Positions 19,650 to 40,156 are shown, counted from the first letter of the stretch. The stretch: 64,000 nt of DNA from Blastocystis sp. Blastoise (GCA_039096225.1 JBBPEB010000021.1:186001-250000), one strand, 5' to 3'. The notes: generated from the letters alone by a model not told the origin. Program-made: numbers and translations.

Positions 19650-20600
19650 TAAAAACAACAAAACACTATGAGGCACTTTTTAATTTTTAAAGCTTTTTGA
19701 TTGGCTAATTTTCGTTCAGAACTTATTCAGCCAATAAAATTTGAATAAAAAAAAGACTTAGGCAAAAAAATGAAAATTTTCACAAAATTTATAAGTCGAC
19801 TGTTGATTTAGACACAAAGACCCTGTTAGACAAATTTTATTAAAGAATTAACATTATTTTCTTATATCAGTGGGTCACACAATATCCAAAACGTTTTTAT
19901 TTATTTTAAAGTCGCAATTCTGAAGAAAATGGGGGTCAATATTTTAAAATATTTTATAGTTGTGTTTAAAGTGAAGACCCTCTAAGAGTCACATATATGA
20001 TTAAAAGTGAATAAGCTGACCTCTATGGGTCAGAACCAAAATTCAGCCAAAAAGTCAAAAAATTATATTTTTTTTACACTGAAAAATTGAACCGAGCCTA
20101 TTTATTCCATGGGCAGTCAGACCAGAGTTTTGATTTTTTTAAAATATTTACGGGAATAATTTTTTTGTTCAAAACTGAGTCTATTTATATTTTATTATAT
20201 ATCAGACGACATAAGAGTTTTAAAAGACTTTTTTCATTTTATTCTATCATGACTTAAAGTTCCGCATACAAAGAGTATGTCAAAACTTATAAAAAAACTA
20301 CTTTTCCTCAGAATCAAAGAAAAGTCTTTTAAAAAGTTGTTTTGAGAGTTAATTATGTATTATAAAAACGTTTCAAGTTATAATCAATAGTTTTTAGAAC
20401 AGAATATAAACAGATCAGAGAGTCAACAAAAATGAGTAATTTTTTAAAACCTGAAAGTAGTGGGATACAATAATGTTGTGTCAATAGTGTAATATATAAT
20501 TGTTAAAACTTGTTATTTTAGTATTGAGTCATAAAAAATTTAAAAAAATTTAAAAATGAATTTTTATGAAAATTTTTAGTATTTGACTAAAAAATCGACT
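19650..20600. mobile_element. Non-coding block of probable transposon/satellite origin, distantly resembling 59.8-61.9 kb
   Basis: No ORF and no intron-type microsatellites; shares short strings with the 60-kb block (TTTTTGATTGGCT, AGGCAAAAAAAT, CTCTAAG[A/G]GTC, GAGTCATAAAA). Confidence 0.35.
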
Positions 20601-20659
20601 TTAAATATGAATTTATCTTTATTTTTAATTTGTTGCATACAAGCAGATCTAGTGACTGC

Positions 20660-24900
<4,241 letters not shown>

Positions 24901-25785
24901 CTTTATAAAGCATAAAACAACTTAAGAATCTCTCAGACATTCTCAGTTCATTTATTCACTAATAATAATATATGATTCGTTGATATAAAACATATCATAA
25001 AACAAAAGTTGTAAATTGCGAATTATATCTTCATAAATAACTATACTAAATATATTTTTTGTTTCTCCATTGCACTCTTATTAAAAATAAAAAATTATTG
25101 TATAAATATAACTAACAAATATATTTAATTGTAATAATAGTTTATTAAAATAGCAATTTTCTTGTTTAATTAAGTCCGGAAATATGTTATAATTAAATAA
25201 TTAAACTTAATAGACACATACAACACTTATATATTAATTTATATTCAAATAGACTTTTTTTAGTAGAGAAACAGAGAAAAAATTTAAAAATTTGTTAACC
25301 CCTGGAAATAAAAAAAATTATACAGACTTTTATTATAGGAAAAAAAAGATTTTATAAAAGGGCCACCCTATGTTTGTTTTATGTAAAAAAATTTTGTATT
25401 TTGACATAAATCTTTTTATTTATTATCTATTAAAGCTTTTTATAAAGTTTTTAAAAATGTAATTTTTATTATTTATATATCTTATATAATATAGGCTCTC
25501 TTTCTTCTCAAAATAACTACAAATATGGCTCCATTTGTCTGATTCTTTTCGAGCTAAACCATGGTGATAGAAACCCATCATGATCTTGATTTCTTGGTAT
25601 TAAGCTAGTACGTGGTGTATCAAGTCCTCCTGATCTGATCCGTATTCTTTTAAAGTATATAGGTGGTTTCTGTCCTCTGGAAGCATTCCTATAAGGGTTA
25701 CAAAGGTTTCTAAGTTTTTCCTTTTCCTGTGCAAGTCTTAACTAAAGGTTCTTCAAAAAAGGTATATATTATCTAATAATATTAT

Positions 25786-25882
25786 CACTAATAGGCACTT
25801 TTGACCTTTTAACAAATATGATTGGGTATTCTCTCCGTTTTATCCAATCAATTATCGTTAAAAGCCAAAATGCCTATCAGTG
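25786..25882. mobile_element. 97-bp hairpin/MITE-like element with CACTA...CAGTG ends and TAT flanks
   Basis: Left arm CACTAATAGGCACTTTTGACCTTTTAACAAATATGATTGG vs reverse complement of right arm CACTGATAGGCATTTTGGCTTTTAACGATAATTGATTGG; TAT on both sides (3-bp TSD-like). Confidence 0.55.
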
Positions 25883-26327
25883 TATTTTAATATACTAATT
25901 TTATATTTCTTTTTAGTTTTAGTCTTAATCGGGTAATGGAAACTAGGAGAGGCTAGTAGAAACTATATATAATTAAAAGTCTTGCTTATTCTTATATCTA
26001 TATATATATATATTATTATGTTTTTCTTGTTAGTTATTAAATTTTGTAATTATTAATAAATTGTTGTGTTTTTTTAAATTTTGTTGAAAATCACTGAAAA
26101 TTCTTAAAAAAGAGGACAGTTTTTACACAAAACTATTCCCGTGAATATATTCTCTAATCATATGTCTGAATTTATCTTAAAAAAATTCTACAACAATTGG
26201 CGTTGATCTGCAAATAATATTTACGGGAATGCCTCATAGTGAAAAAATAGTAAAAAATTCTGTTTTTGTTTCTAGATTCTTCACAGAGGAAACGATTTTT
26301 TAACATTTTTTGCAATTAAGGTTTATT

Positions 26328-27827
26328 ATGAAAGAATATTTTCTATCTCAACAACTAGCAGGTCATGCTGGTGCTGTAATTCCATAATTCTAAACTTTTA
26401 AAAATACATTTTATTCATTAGGTAAAATGTCTTCAATCAATTCAAGCAGATCGAGAAGTTATTATTTCTGGTGGTGATGTACAAAATATAGTAAACGTTT
26501 TTGAATATCTTTTATAGACAGGTGAAGTCTTTTTTTGGACATTTGCAGAAGCTAATGAATATATTCCTTTTCAGGACCCATTGAGTTTTCCTAAAGGAAT
26601 CAACTGTATGCTTCCTTTCTCGGATTGTATGTTTTTTTTCATGTATCATTTATTTGTTATAGCTACTTTCTTTGCTGGATTCAAGGATAATGTAGCTCGA
26701 CTTCTCACATTCGACGGTACAACCTTACAAACATATAGTGGCCATTCTTCTGGAGTTATATCTCTTGGATTAACAAATCAAAACCAACTCATCACAGGAA
26801 GCTGGGATGGAACTGCTAAGGTATTTTTTTATTATATATATATATTGTTTATTTTAATCTGAATATCTTCATTGTTTAATATTGAAATAGTGTTTTTTAT
26901 CTATAATTATTATTATTATATATTATATATAGTTATATTATTATTATTATATAGGTATGGTCTATTGAAAGTGGTGAATGTATATATACACTTCCAAATC
27001 AAGAAAATGGTATTTCTGTTATTGGATTACCTGATGGTACAGTAGTTACTGGTATATATATATATTATTATTATTATTATTACTATTATGGAAATTCATT
27101 TTTAATATTATAAGGATATTAATATATTTATTATATATATATATATATATATTCTATAACTTTTATATTTTAATAAATACAAAATAACATTATTCTTCTA
27201 TTCGAATTCTATAGCATCAACAGGAATGAAAAGTGATGATTTAAATCCTCAATTGATTGGATACAAATTGAGGGTTTGGAACACAAATCATTGTACAAGA
27301 ATTATAACGCAACATAACAGTAGTATTCGATGCTTAGTTCCTGTTGGCAATACGTCAATTCCCGTGGGAAACTCTCAAGAAGGATTGTTTATTAGTGGTA
27401 GTAATGATGGAAGTGTTAAAATATGGAATAAAAAGTGTCAGTGTATTATGGTATATATATATATATATAGATTTGTTTTTATTTTTATTTTTATTCTTAT
27501 TTTAATTTTTATATATTTTTATTATAATTTTGTTTTATTTTTATTGGCATCCTATTTTTTAATATATATATATATATAATATTTAATATATATAGACTGC
27601 TCAAGCTGCCCCCGATGTATATATATATATAAAGAAATAACTATAGGTGACTCTATTTTATTATTATTATTATTATAGCAATATTACTATATATATAATA
27701 TATATATATATATAGGATGAGATGAAATATCCGTTTGTACTTTCATGTCGTTGTGTATATAACCGCGGGAATAGCAAGTATTTTATAGTTACAGGTACTG
27801 ATGATAACAGACTCTGTATTTGGGAAA

Positions 27828-27863
<36 letters not shown>

Positions 27864-28143
27864 CTATTTCACTTCTAGACGATATATTGGTTCAAACGAT
27901 AATGCATCCCTCAACCGTTTGGTCCGTTCTGATCACAAATAATAACGATATTATAACGGCTTGTAACGATGGAGTATATTATTATTATTATTAATATTAT
28001 TATTATTATTATCATTTATGTTTATGTTTATTATATATACATTTTATATTAAGTATATTTTGTGTTTTGTTATATGTATTTATTATATAGATAATTCGTG
28101 TTTTTTCTTGTGATAAGAACAGAAGGGCTGATGCAGTTACTCT

Positions 28144-28190
<47 letters not shown>

Positions 28191-28251
28191 CTATATATAT
28201 AGAGTGATTTTGAAGAAGCAGTAAAGAAAGGAACAAGAAAAGGGTATATAT

Positions 28252-28338
<87 letters not shown>

Positions 28339-28473
28339 GAAATGCACTAGATCCAAAGACGTTACCGCCATACGAAAAGAGGGAACAATATCCTGGTAAA
28401 AGAGAAGGAGAAGTATTTATATTCCGAAAAGGTGATATACCCTATGCATATAACTGGAGTGTATATATACATA

Positions 28474-28563
<90 letters not shown>

Positions 28564-29589
28564 TATATAGATGTCTAGTCATAGTTGGATAGAAGTGGGA
28601 GAAGTCACAGGAGGATTAGAGGGAGAAGTGGGTAAAGATGGACGTATATATGATAAGATAATGGATATATCTGTAGAACAAGGTACAGGAGAAGTAGTAT
28701 ATCAATTGGGATACAATTTCACTGACAACCCCTACGTCATCGCGACACAATTCGTGGAAGAACATGGTTTGGACGAAACTTATATAGAAGAAATTGTACA
28801 AGGAATGTCCCGTGAAAATCCTTCAAAAGTTGGAGGAAATAATCAAATAATCGGAGATTCACGAGTTACTCCTCAGGAATCCAATAAAAATATGATTTCT
28901 ACATTTAATTCTAATATATTCCCTTCAACTACCTATATTCGATATACAAAATTGAATCAAAAAGGAGTTTTTAATAAAATACTTTCCTTAAATAACCGCG
29001 GTTTATTTGTTCATTCTCCTTTACCATTTGGTGATTCCCGTGGGGATACTGATATAAGTCAATATTTATTATATGATGAAGAAATACATCAACTTGAACT
29101 ATTAACACAAAGTTTATCAGAGGGACAATCTTTCTCTTTTCTTCCAATACATCAAATAATCATGAATAAATTGATACATTGGCCTCAGGAAGTGATATTC
29201 CCGTGTTTAGATATTCTGAAGAGTTTAGCATTAAATGATGACGCAATCGATGTATTCTTTACGAAAAATGAAAATAACCGTGGGAATGATAATAAAATCA
29301 ATTTCTTTACTATTTTACAGCAATGGGATTCCTCAAGACTTGATTCCCGCGGTATTTTAGTCATATTCCGCTTTTTATCTAATTTTATTCGTGAATCTAC
29401 AGCAGATTATATATATCCCTACTTATTATTATTATTAAATTGGTCAAAAGTATATATGAATACATCAGAAGTAAATTTATTACAAGTATATATATAGCGT
29501 ATTGTTATTATTATTATTATACTTATTATTATTATTATATATAGGCAGCCTCTAGTTTCTTGTTAAATACAACTATTTGCTTATCAAAA

Positions 29590-29631
<42 letters not shown>

Positions 29632-29949
29632 GAAGCATGTTGATCACACGCACGTGATGGAGACAGTTGTCAGTTTATCATGTCAATTATTAACGGTTAC
29701 TAACGATAATTCAACATTACAACGTATATTCTTAACACTTGGAAACTGCCTTTTAGATACTTACACTGTATTTCGTTGTATTGATGAAGACACAAAGAAT
29801 TATATTAATATATATACAAAAGCTATTGGTATATATTTTCATATATATATATTAATATATATACAAAAGCTATTGATCCACAAGTATCTTCAAAAGCTAA
29901 AGAATTAGACCGTTTGTGTGTTTTTACAATCTCAAAATTATATGTTTAA
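26328..29949 (+). CDS. PLAA: Phospholipase A2-activating protein / Doa1-Ufd3 (WD40-PFU-PUL), multi-exon
   Basis: [10 protein letters not shown] start, WD40 repeats ([37 protein letters not shown]), PFU ([25 protein letters not shown]), PUL ([14 protein letters not shown]). Confidence 0.93.
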
Positions 29950-30086
29950 TTCATTATATATATATTTCTTTATATTTTAAGTAATCTATTTTAATTATTT
30001 CCTACAAATTATTCAATAAAACAATCGCTTTTTTATATATTTATCAATACACAACAAATATACATATATAATTCATTTTTTTTATT

Positions 30087-30728
30087 TTATATTTTATTTT
30101 CTTCTTCTTTTTCTTCTTTCGGTTTAAAAGCACTACCTCCTGAGCAAGAAGAATCAGCATTAGGATTCTTTGTAACGACAAATCCTGTACGAATCATTTC
30201 ATCTTCCCAATCAATTGTAGAACCTTTGATTCGCTCCCAAGAAACACAGTCAATTGCAATTTTTACACCTTCAATTTGACGAATTCTAAGAGAATAGAGA
30301 CATTAAAACATGTCTTAAATGCTCTCTATTATATATAATGTACATATATATACTCATCAAGTTCAGTCTCGCTACCATAATCCATTTGATAAAGATATTG
30401 TAAGCCAGAGCAACCACCTTTGCCAATATAAATTCTTAACTTAGCACTATCCTTTGATTTGCCTGATCTTGATACAATCTTTTCAAAGTTCTATGGAATA
30501 AAGCACTCAATAAAAACAACAATTTTTGGAATAACTACCTTTTTACATTCTTCTGTTACAAATAAGTCTCCTTTGGATGATGTATACGTCTGTGAGAAGA
30601 AACGGTATACTAAATAGAAATAAGTATATGGTTATTGTAAGAAAAATACATGAATGTGGACGATTAACTGAATTATTTTGTATTATAGCTTTTATAGACG
30701 GTTTTAAACATGAAATAGAACGAAACAT
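30087..30728 (-). CDS. ISCA2: A-type iron-sulfur cluster assembly protein (IscA/HesB, ISCA2-like) with N-terminal organellar targeting peptide, 4 exons
   Basis: Spliced translation MFRSISCLKP...LRIYIGKGGCSGLQY...IDCVSWERIKGSTIDWEDEMIRTGFVVTKNPNADSSCSGGSAF...NKI*. Confidence 0.88.
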
Positions 30729-30953
30729 TATAAAAATAAATTAATGAAAGGAAGAACAAATAAAGAATATTTAAAAAGAGTTATTTACAAAAGAAAGGAG
30801 ACTTTTTAAAAGAAATCGCGGGAAAATGAAAAACGGTGTTTTTGCCTTTGAACTGAAAAACAAATAAAATTCATTTATTAGTGACTAAACAAGTATAGAT
30901 ATATAAGATTTATGAATACCTTGATATGTAATTCTATGAATGCTATTGTATAG

Positions 30954-34750
<3,797 letters not shown>

Positions 34751-35736
34751 ACAGAATTATTCACTATTTCTATGAAGACAATCTTCTTCTTTTATATAAT
34801 TTAATAAATACACTTTATAAATATTTATGTTATTTATAATTCTATTGTAATCCTTTTTATCTATATCTATACAATTCTCTTATAGCTTTTTGTTTTCTCA
34901 TGTTAATTCATTATAATTCTTTATACACATTTTTTATCAAATTACAAAAAAAAATGCATTTTCTTAAATCAAATAAGGTTATCACTATACACATTTAGAA
35001 TTCAGCTTTATATCAGGAATTCAAAACCACACTCATCAATAAACACTCGATGTTTCAGTCCAAATGACCCATTTTAATCAGCCACTTTTGACTATCTATC
35101 ACTAATTCTGTCTCTCATATATCTATTGGTCTTCATAATAAAAATAAATAAAAATACAGCAATCTCTTTGATCAATATTGAAAGGACACAATAATGACCA
35201 AAAATATCAAAATATCTTTATTCAAATAGTCCTATTGTGATAAACACTCTGTTGAATTATTCTATAACTCTAAAATCTATTTGTATACTCATAAAAACAC
35301 TTTCAAAGCATATGTTATCAAATCACACGAATTGTACTTCTTATTTTCATCATTCCTTCTTCTACATAATCTCATTCTAGTTGCGAGTGTTCGTTTCGTT
35401 GTTCTATAAATAATGTACTTCTATAGCTAAAACACACCAGACACATTCATCAATCGAATAATCATTAACAAATACGATATGCTTTATATAGATCATGAAG
35501 TCTTTGTACATTAAAGCAATGAATAATACAAGTCAAAGGACTGTATTCCACAATCCAAAAAAGAGAAAATACTAAAATGAAACTACCAAAAAAAAAGACG
35601 TTAGCAAACATTTTACTAAAGATTACTGTTTTTAGTATACTTTTAGTGTTCAATCTTATTTTATAAAATGAAAACCTTTTTTCAATCATAATTATTTTTA
35701 ATCAATTAATTTTTCTTAAGCGCTACTTTATTTATA

Positions 35737-35838
35737 ATGGCTATCAGTACTATTGCTCTTATTACTATTGGTTGCACCGTTGGTGGATTCCTTTTAGATC
35801 AAGTTGGTCGTTGTTTAATTGATAAAAGCAAGAAGTAA
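35737..35838 (+). CDS. 33-aa hydrophobic microprotein A (MAISTIALITIGCTVGGFLLDQVGRCLIDKSKK)
   Basis: ATG-TAA ORF, GC-richer than flanks; shares CxVxGxxLx[QE]VGxC and Lys tail with ORFs at 37795 and 39037; TGTTTGTT at 35976. Confidence 0.72.
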   Translation: MAISTIALITIGCTVGGFLLDQVGRCLIDKSKK

Positions 35839-36087
35839 AATTGCCTTACTTTGCTTTAGCTTATTCATTATTTGCTTGGATCTTTCTTTTTCTTTTATTC
35901 TTATTTAATTTTAATCTTCTTTTAATTTTATTTTATTTGCAATTATCATAAAATGATTGTATTATTCTTCATTCTTGTTTGTTCTAAATACTCTTTTTCC
36001 TTTGTAATTCACTACATATATCATAAATCATTACTCATTTTTCTATAAATCATACTACAATGAAAGTATTAATTCCATAGCTACTAT

Positions 36088-36363
36088 TCACATTTTGAGA
36101 AATACTATTTTAATTTTGACGAAAACAAAGCCATGATAGATCAATCTTATCACATATATAATAATAATAGAAATAGCTATCATAAAAGTAATCAATTCAT
36201 ATGAATCTATATATATATCAAAAAGGGAGATAGCACAAAGTAAGTAAAAAATCATGCCAACATATGAGTCCCTTTTTGTGGCGCTCAGACTAAGAGTAGT
36301 CATGAAAAATATATATAAAACAGTAAAAAGAGCCTTATTATAGCATATATTAATATCTGACAT
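36088..36363 (-). CDS. Possible 91-aa small multi-pass membrane protein
   Basis: Intronless ATG ORF with about three hydrophobic segments, not microsatellite-derived; could be chance in AT-rich DNA. Confidence 0.25.
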   Translation of the reverse strand: MSDINICYNKALFTVLYIFFMTTLSLSATKRDSYVGMIFYLLCAISLFDIYIDSYELITFMIAISIIIIYVIRLIYHGFVFVKIKIVFLKM

Positions 36364-37794
36364 TGACGAATCATTTTTTAATAATTGTTTTCATTCTTAG
36401 ATAATCGATTTAGGCATTTTAATTAACATAAGAAATCAGTACAGTTACCATTTATGAAGGATTCCACTTTAGAGCATCATGAGTTGTTTTGAAATAACTT
36501 CGCTATATGATTTTTCAGTTGGCATTTATTTAAAGAAGAATAAATAATGATTGTAATCACATGAATTCATTAGATTCTATCCATAAATGTCTTTCATCAA
36601 GTAAACACATGTTCCTAATTACAAAAAATATATTATTATGAATAAATAAATAAAAAAAGAATTCAAAAAGAAATTAGATAAATTGAAAATAATTTTTCTA
36701 ATAAAATTTCTCTGAATCATCGTTTTTGAGGTTTTTATATATATACTTTACTTCTTTTATTCATTTTATAATATTAAAGAATTCTTGACTCTTCCAATAT
36801 GATACAAGAGAGTTCTAATGTGTTTTTAATTAATTATATGAAAATAATAATCTACAAATTGATTTACAAAACTGTCTAGTTAGATGAAAACGCACTTTTT
36901 AATAGGCGCAAAGCAAATTCATAAAATTACTATGCACGAGAATACTTTTAAAGAACATTAAAGAGAATTACTTCGAAAACAAGTATCTACAACAACAACA
37001 AATATCAGAAAACGTATATTGACAACTAGTTATACTCTTTAGATATTTAATTTCATTTTTATATTGAAAGTTGTCTATTGAAAGTCTTTTCAATTCTATT
37101 TTTTTCTACTCATTATTCTAATGATTCATGTATAACAATAATATAGTTATTCATCACATAACCAGTTCAACGACAGTCTCATATTTTATGCAATATTAAA
37201 ATAAAACTCCAGCTACAGTCTTACAAATCTATTAGCAATATACCCAAAGTGTTGATATATAAAACAACTCAATTACAAACAGGAATAGTAAAAAGAAACA
37301 TTATAAGAATAAATGATCCTGCTGATAACACTAATGCTCTTCAAAACACATTGAAAGTCATGTATACATATAATAACTAGAAAAGAAAGAAAGAAGAAAG
37401 AGAATGAATTCATGGAGTCTTTCTTTGCTTGTTCTTTTTAGATTCCAAATATAGCCTACACAACAGAGATAATTGACTTATCAATATCAATACATAAGAA
37501 GAAGAACTTTGTGTTGTCTTTTAATCCACAATCAATCACTAATTATATATTTTTTTGGTTTTCTGTACATTGATGTCATGATATATCGATCTTCACAATC
37601 CATAGAAATACCTCAAATATCCAGATTACTAACAAGAAGCATCAATAAATTTTGAAATACGTTTATTCACTATATCGATTCTTTAGTGAATCTCTCTTTT
37701 TAGTACACTATTAAATATTATTATATTTTTATATTTTGTATAATTATTTATTTAATTAAAAGTTTTACTTGTTTTAATAAAATTAAATTTTAGA

Positions 37795-37893
37795 ATGGAT
37801 GATAATACTGTATTATACATTGTTGGCGTTGTTTGTGTTGTAATTGGTACTGTTCTCTCTGAAGTTGGTGGATGCGTTGGCAAGAAGAAGTAA
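37795..37893 (+). CDS. 32-aa hydrophobic microprotein B1 (MDDNTVLYIVGVVCVVIGTVLSEVGGCVGKKK)
   Basis: ATG-TAA ORF duplicated at 39037 with only two synonymous differences; TTGTTTTGTT at 38013. Confidence 0.8.
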   Translation: MDDNTVLYIVGVVCVVIGTVLSEVGGCVGKKK

Positions 37894-39036
37894 TTCGAGT
37901 TTCTTAAGATACATTTAGTTCGTGGTTCATTAATCTAAACTATGAATTTATTTCTAGAATATTTTGTTTTTTATTAGCTAATTTATCAATTGCTTCTTAT
38001 GATTTACTTATTTTGTTTTGTTTTGATTATTTTATATAAAAACGATTACTTTATCATGTAGAAACATTGAATTATATACATTTAAGAAGACTATTCTTTT
38101 TAAAATTCAAATTGGAATACATATAAAAAAGGTTTGAGAAATGTGTAATTCATAGAGATATTATAATCAAAGTATAAGAATTTGTTTTTCAAACACTACA
38201 AAAGAATATAACATAGTAAATTTACAAAAGAATTCATTGTAGTGCATTATTATATAACAATATACACATTAGCCAGAAGGATAAGTGATACTATTATAGT
38301 TGAGAATAAGTTCCTTTTTATGAATCTTTATATAACACATTTCCAAAGAGTAAATTCATACCAAAACTTATATTTAAAATATGTTGCATAACAATAAGTG
38401 AATACAAAACAATTAACTAATGAGCAACGAAGTGATGATAGAAGAATTGATTAAAAACGTGTATGCTATTGAATAGAAAAGTTCCACTCAATTCAGTGTT
38501 GCTCTCTCATCAGTATAAGTTCTAATAGATGCTTCAGTGCTTATAAAGAAAAGTAAGGAAGATAAAGTATGGTTCTAAATGGATATTGAGTGAGTCCGAA
38601 GTTCTAATTCACATAAATTATGTTTTCCTTTCTATTTTGTCATGCATTCATTCTTTAGATGAATGAAATTAGTTTCAAATTTGCTTTGACATACATAAGA
38701 AAGAACAACTCAATTTCTATGAGTCTATATTTTGTTGATTCTACAAAATTCCCTTTTGAATCACTAAAAGTATGTATTGACTAAGTATTCACACCTAAAG
38801 ACGAGATAAACGTTAGGATATATCATAGTAGTTTGCAAGAGTCTATAAACAATAGAAACCGTCTTTAGTAAAAACTTATACCTGAAACAGAGGGATGAAG
38901 AATCTTTCGCTAAAAAAATCTTTTTTTAGTAAAATGAAAATGTTTTTAGTAATAATTATGTTTTGATTATGTTTTTATCCATAAATTATTTATTTAATTA
39001 AAAGTTTTACTTGTTTTAATAAAATTAGATTTTAGA

Positions 39037-39135
39037 ATGGATGATAATACTGTATTGTACATTGTTGGCGTTGTTTGCGTTGTAATTGGTACTGTTCTCT
39101 CTGAAGTTGGTGGATGCGTTGGCAAGAAGAAGTAA
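39037..39135 (+). CDS. 32-aa hydrophobic microprotein B2 (same protein as B1)
   Basis: Differs from B1 only at Leu7 (TTA/TTG) and Cys14 (TGT/TGC); TTGTTTTGTT at 39281. Confidence 0.8.
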   Translation: MDDNTVLYIVGVVCVVIGTVLSEVGGCVGKKK

Positions 39136-39694
39136 TTCGAGTTCAGCATATTATAATACTGCGCTGAATCAAAATATAAATACAAATATATAAATATATA
39201 TATTAATGCAATATTTTATTTGAATAATTATATTATTTCCTTTTCCAATTTATCAATTGCTTTCTTATGATTAATTTATTTTGTTTTGTTCAAATAGTCT
39301 ATATATGTTTGATAATAAAATGTGTGAATGATATATAAATGATGATTGATTTATAAAAATGAGTGGATTCGTAAAATAAAGCTTCATTGATCCATATTTC
39401 AAATCATATGAGAATGTATAGTTGAACATTTAAAAGTGAATGGATTATATAATGAGTAAAGAAGTGATTACTAACAAGTTAGAGTACATGATTCAGTGAA
39501 TTAGTTATCATTAAGAAGCTTTTTATAACAAAACAAAGGATAATATTTTATAAGCTAGGAAAGCAAATAATATAGCAACAAAAAATCAAAACCAGAGAGT
39601 AGAATATTGATGAATAAAAAGAAATAATCTGAATAAATCAAATTAATTATATAAATTATATTTATTTCTATTCAAAATCTAAAAATAAAATGAT

Positions 39695-40114
39695 TTATAC
39701 TAATTTGAGTATAGAGTCTTTATATATATGCTTATATTGAGTATCAATTATGCCATTTACAATATCATTATATTTTGATTTTATAGGAACAACAGAATAA
39801 TAAGAATATTTATTATGTATATTTCTATTTAGGAATAAATTATTTCGATATAAAAACTCCAAACGACCGTGTTTTTTCCGATACTATATGTATATATATG
39901 TATATATATGTATATATGTATATATACATTTTTGGACCTTTTTGCAGTATATCGTTTTGTCACATAATCATTTATCTATATATAGTTATATATAGTTATA
40001 TATAGTGATATATAGTTATATATAGTTATATACTGTCGAAAGACGTTGATAGATTTCTTTTGCCATATGTTTGCAAACCTACATATATATGGTAATAATA
40101 ATAATAAAAATAAT

Positions 40115-40156
<42 letters not shown>

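Noticed and set aside
25516-25740. ~75-codon open frame on the minus strand as a transposase fragment
   Set aside because: No start codon and no recognisable transposase motif.
30139-30141. Selenocysteine in IscA
   Set aside because: The codon is GGA, not TGA, and I see no SECIS-like hairpin in the AT-rich 3' region.
38994-39185. 63-aa minus-strand ORF
   Set aside because: Antisense shadow of microprotein B2; the conserved frame is on the plus strand.
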